From: a virus
Taxonomy: Duplodnaviria > Caudoviricetes
Virus record (IMG/VR): IMGVR_UViG_3300027985_001221
Location: 1 to 60,768 of that record
Length of the DNA: 60,768 nucleotides
Reading direction: 5' to 3' (one strand)
Below, in pieces: positions 58,845-60,768 of the stretch (position 1 is the first letter of the stretch; every line of letters begins with the position of its first letter). Under the pieces are notes generated by a model, which did no database searches, had not been told where the DNA came from, and saw only the letters and a list, made by a program, of their open reading frames with translations. Made by a program: the position numbers and the translations under genes.

Positions 58845-59537
58845 ATGGATGCAAAACAAGTGTCAGAATCTTTGGACAAAGCAGTCGTAGTTGAGGGCAA
58901 AGGCAACGGGATGATCATCGGCTACATTAAAGGATGGGTAGAGGTGGAAATGCCCGATACCACAGTCATCAAATGTAGGGCAAAGGAACTCACTCTTTTG
59001 CCTGAGGATAAACAACCGGAGGTGCAATCTTTTGACGTCGGTCCTGTGGAGGATTTTGAAGAGGACCACAACATTAAACCGCTGGTCGAGGGCGAAGACA
59101 ACGAAATCCACTGCCCCGCCTGTGAAAATGTTTTTCACACCAAGCGTACAGACAATTTCAAATGTCCGAAATGCAAGTTCACTTTTCGGATTAGGTTGAA
59201 ACCGAACAAAGACAATTATGTAATAGGACTGGCATCAACGGTGTCCGGGAGGGACACAATGGACATAAACGACAACATTGCAGAAGCAATGCGGGGTCAG
59301 TTCATTGAAGATGTCTATGTTATTGCGACCGGCAGACTGATCTCTTTGCCGGAAGAAACATGGTTCACTGGCAAGAATCGAGTGGCCTTCAAAAAATGGA
59401 AAGAGGACAGACCGGACACTGCGAATTACGATCTTTTGCTCTCTTTTCTCTGGAATAAATTCTCCCACCTGAACCTGGGCATGCAGCGCATGTCTTTAGG
59501 TAATCTTGTTCGCGCTGCTAACAAACGCGCCGAATAA
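58845..59537 (+). CDS. Zinc-ribbon protein with NLGMQRMxLGN domain (paralogue 2), extra N-terminal domain
   Basis: Aligns with 56717..57229. Confidence 0.75.
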   Translation: MDAKQVSESLDKAVVVEGKGNGMIIGYIKGWVEVEMPDTTVIKCRAKELTLLPEDKQPEVQSFDVGPVEDFEEDHNIKPLVEGEDNEIHCPACENVFHTKRTDNFKCPKCKFTFRIRLKPNKDNYVIGLASTVSGRDTMDINDNIAEAMRGQFIEDVYVIATGRLISLPEETWFTGKNRVAFKKWKEDRPDTANYDLLLSFLWNKFSHLNLGMQRMSLGNLVRAANKRAE

Positions 59538-59580
59538 TCTAACTCAAATAATGGGGGCGAAAGCCCCCAAGGAGAAAACC

Positions 59581-59841
59581 ATGGTAATCGGAAAATACTA
59601 CGGTGGTACGCTAGAAGAGTACAAAGAAGCAATAAATGAGGCCATAGTCAATAAAGTGGAAAAGGAGCCCGAATTTATAGATGCTTTGTTCCTGTTCGCC
59701 CCAAGGAAGGGCAAAACGCTAATCGGCTACGTCAAAATGACTAAGAATCATGGCAAAGATCCCAAGAACTTAGCAGTGTTTCTGGTATTTAATAACAACA
59801 ATCTGGTGGTAGTTTTAGAAGAGTGGGGTTCTATATACTGA
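59581..59841 (+). CDS. Hypothetical protein
   Basis: ATG 59581 after AAGGAG. Confidence 0.6.
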   Translation: MVIGKYYGGTLEEYKEAINEAIVNKVEKEPEFIDALFLFAPRKGKTLIGYVKMTKNHGKDPKNLAVFLVFNNNNLVVVLEEWGSIY

Positions 59842-59990
59842 TATCTGGCTCTTTTGGTGAATATGTGAAGCTGTGAGGGGGGGTAGTTGCCGTCGTTGCT
59901 ACACCGAGCGGTAAGCAATGCCTAACCGCATCTCGCTACATCGTTCTGTAAGTCGATGCGATCACACCCCCCCTGCTCTAAGGCTCTCGA

Positions 59991-60037
59991 CGACGGTAGC
60001 GAGCGGTTAGAAATCGACGGTAGCGAGCGGTTAGAAA
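59991..60037. repeat. 23-bp direct repeat x2 (period 24)
   Basis: CGACGGTAGCGAGCGGTTAGAAA at 59991 and 60015. Confidence 0.9.
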
Positions 60038-60120
60038 GCATAATTCGATTGAAATTGTGCCGTCCGACGCGGGCTCTCGGTTCGTCGAGGGTGTGAACGC
60101 AATTATCCGTACGAGGACTC

Positions 60121-60330
60121 CAGAAGCTTGTTAGACGGGGGTGTATATTCACATACGGTATTCGTTCACTTGTCGGTAGGTATACCCTGATTGCCTAACG
60201 ACGCTCTGGACCCACCCCTACCTGCGGAAATGGTCACTCAAAGCAGGTATGCCTAACAACGATTGTGTAATTAACTGCGAAGGCGGACACTCTGGGAATA
60301 GAGACTAACCCAGAGGCGGCTCGGGACACG
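60121..60330. ncRNA. Unidentified structured non-coding element, copy Y
   Basis: Collinear blocks shared with 56216-56490; stems TACCTGC/GCAGGTA and TCTGGG/CCCAGA. Confidence 0.4.
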
Positions 60331-60608
60331 GGCTCGATAAAAAAGGGGAAGATCAGAAAAAAAGAAGACTTCTCTTAGGACGAGGACACTCTACATGTGT
60401 TTACATCTGTGAACGTTGATTGATGGTGGATTGCGGTCGCCCGCCGACAGGGGTTGGCTCCGGTATTCACGTTCACATACACACAGCCGCCAGCCTCGGA
60501 GAAGCTTCATAATACCAGTCGATGCGTTCACACTCGAACGCTTTGCAAGCGAGCCAGTCAAATTTCCTCCGGTGGGTGTCCTCCCCGCCATAGGTTTAGT
60601 GTCCGGGG

Positions 60609-60734
60609 TCCAGCCTCTAATGTTTGGTATCTAGCATCTAGGTTCTGGTATCCAGCCTCTAATGTTTGGTATCCAGCATCTAGGTTCTGGTATCCAGCCT
60701 CTAATGTTTGGTATCTAGCATCTAGGTTCTGGTA
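60609..60734. repeat. Tandem array of six 21-bp units alternating A/B (42-bp period), iteron-like
   Basis: A=TCCAGCCTCTAATGTTTGGTA, B=TC(T/C)AGCATCTAGGTTCTGGTA. Confidence 0.9.
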
Positions 60735-60768
60735 TCCAATGTTCGATGTCTGATCACCTTTTTCCGGG
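60625..60768. repeat. Terminal direct repeat / circular assembly overlap (copy 2)
   Basis: Identical to 1-144. Confidence 0.95.

Noticed and set aside
60298-60312. Group I intron (R-like AGAGACTA)
   Set aside because: No matching S element (TAGTC) downstream, no interrupted gene, and the word is not conserved in copy X.
60609-60734. CRISPR array
   Set aside because: The units are contiguous and alternate between two fixed sequences; there are no unique spacers and no cas genes.
60454-60753. ORF with WYPASNV/WYLASRF heptad repeats
   Set aside because: It is a by-product of the 21-bp DNA repeat being a multiple of 3; non-ATG start and no clear RBS.
1-60768. Prophage or temperate module, tRNA genes, long-tail genes
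   Set aside because: I recognised no integrase, repressor pair, tRNA cloverleaf, tail sheath/tube or tape measure by eye; dedicated scans were not run.

Overview
This is an apparently complete ~60.6 kb circular (or circularly permuted) dsDNA tailed-phage genome: bases 1-144 are identical to 60625-60768. It has two opposed arms. The + arm (56717, wrapping through the origin to 25469) holds small early genes and the replication and nucleotide-metabolism genes: AEP primase, SNF2 and UvrD helicases, a family A polymerase, a DEDDh exonuclease, SSB, a resolvase-like nuclease and an M15 endolysin. The - arm (55903 to 25454) holds terminase, portal, scaffold, capsid, short-tail-type structural genes, a 2681-aa polyvalent ejection protein and a tail fibre. 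I saw no integrase, tape measure, tRNA or CRISPR array. The main system is a complete 2-aminoadenine (Z-genome) toolkit: purZ-mazZ-datZ plus a DpoZ-type polymerase. The PurZ has unusual, apparently coordinated active-site substitutions and is coupled to an unannotated classical C2H2 zinc-finger gene. Other signals: two diverged copies of an unexplained structured non-coding element bracketing the early gene block; two 80% GC islands with shared words at nearly opposite points of the circle; a family of sigma70-type promoters with a shared GC-rich spacer motif; a 21-bp iteron-like array; three tandem ORFs sharing a PRKCPHLGD motif; and a Tad2-like anti-defence gene. All family assignments come from motif recognition by eye, not from database searches.
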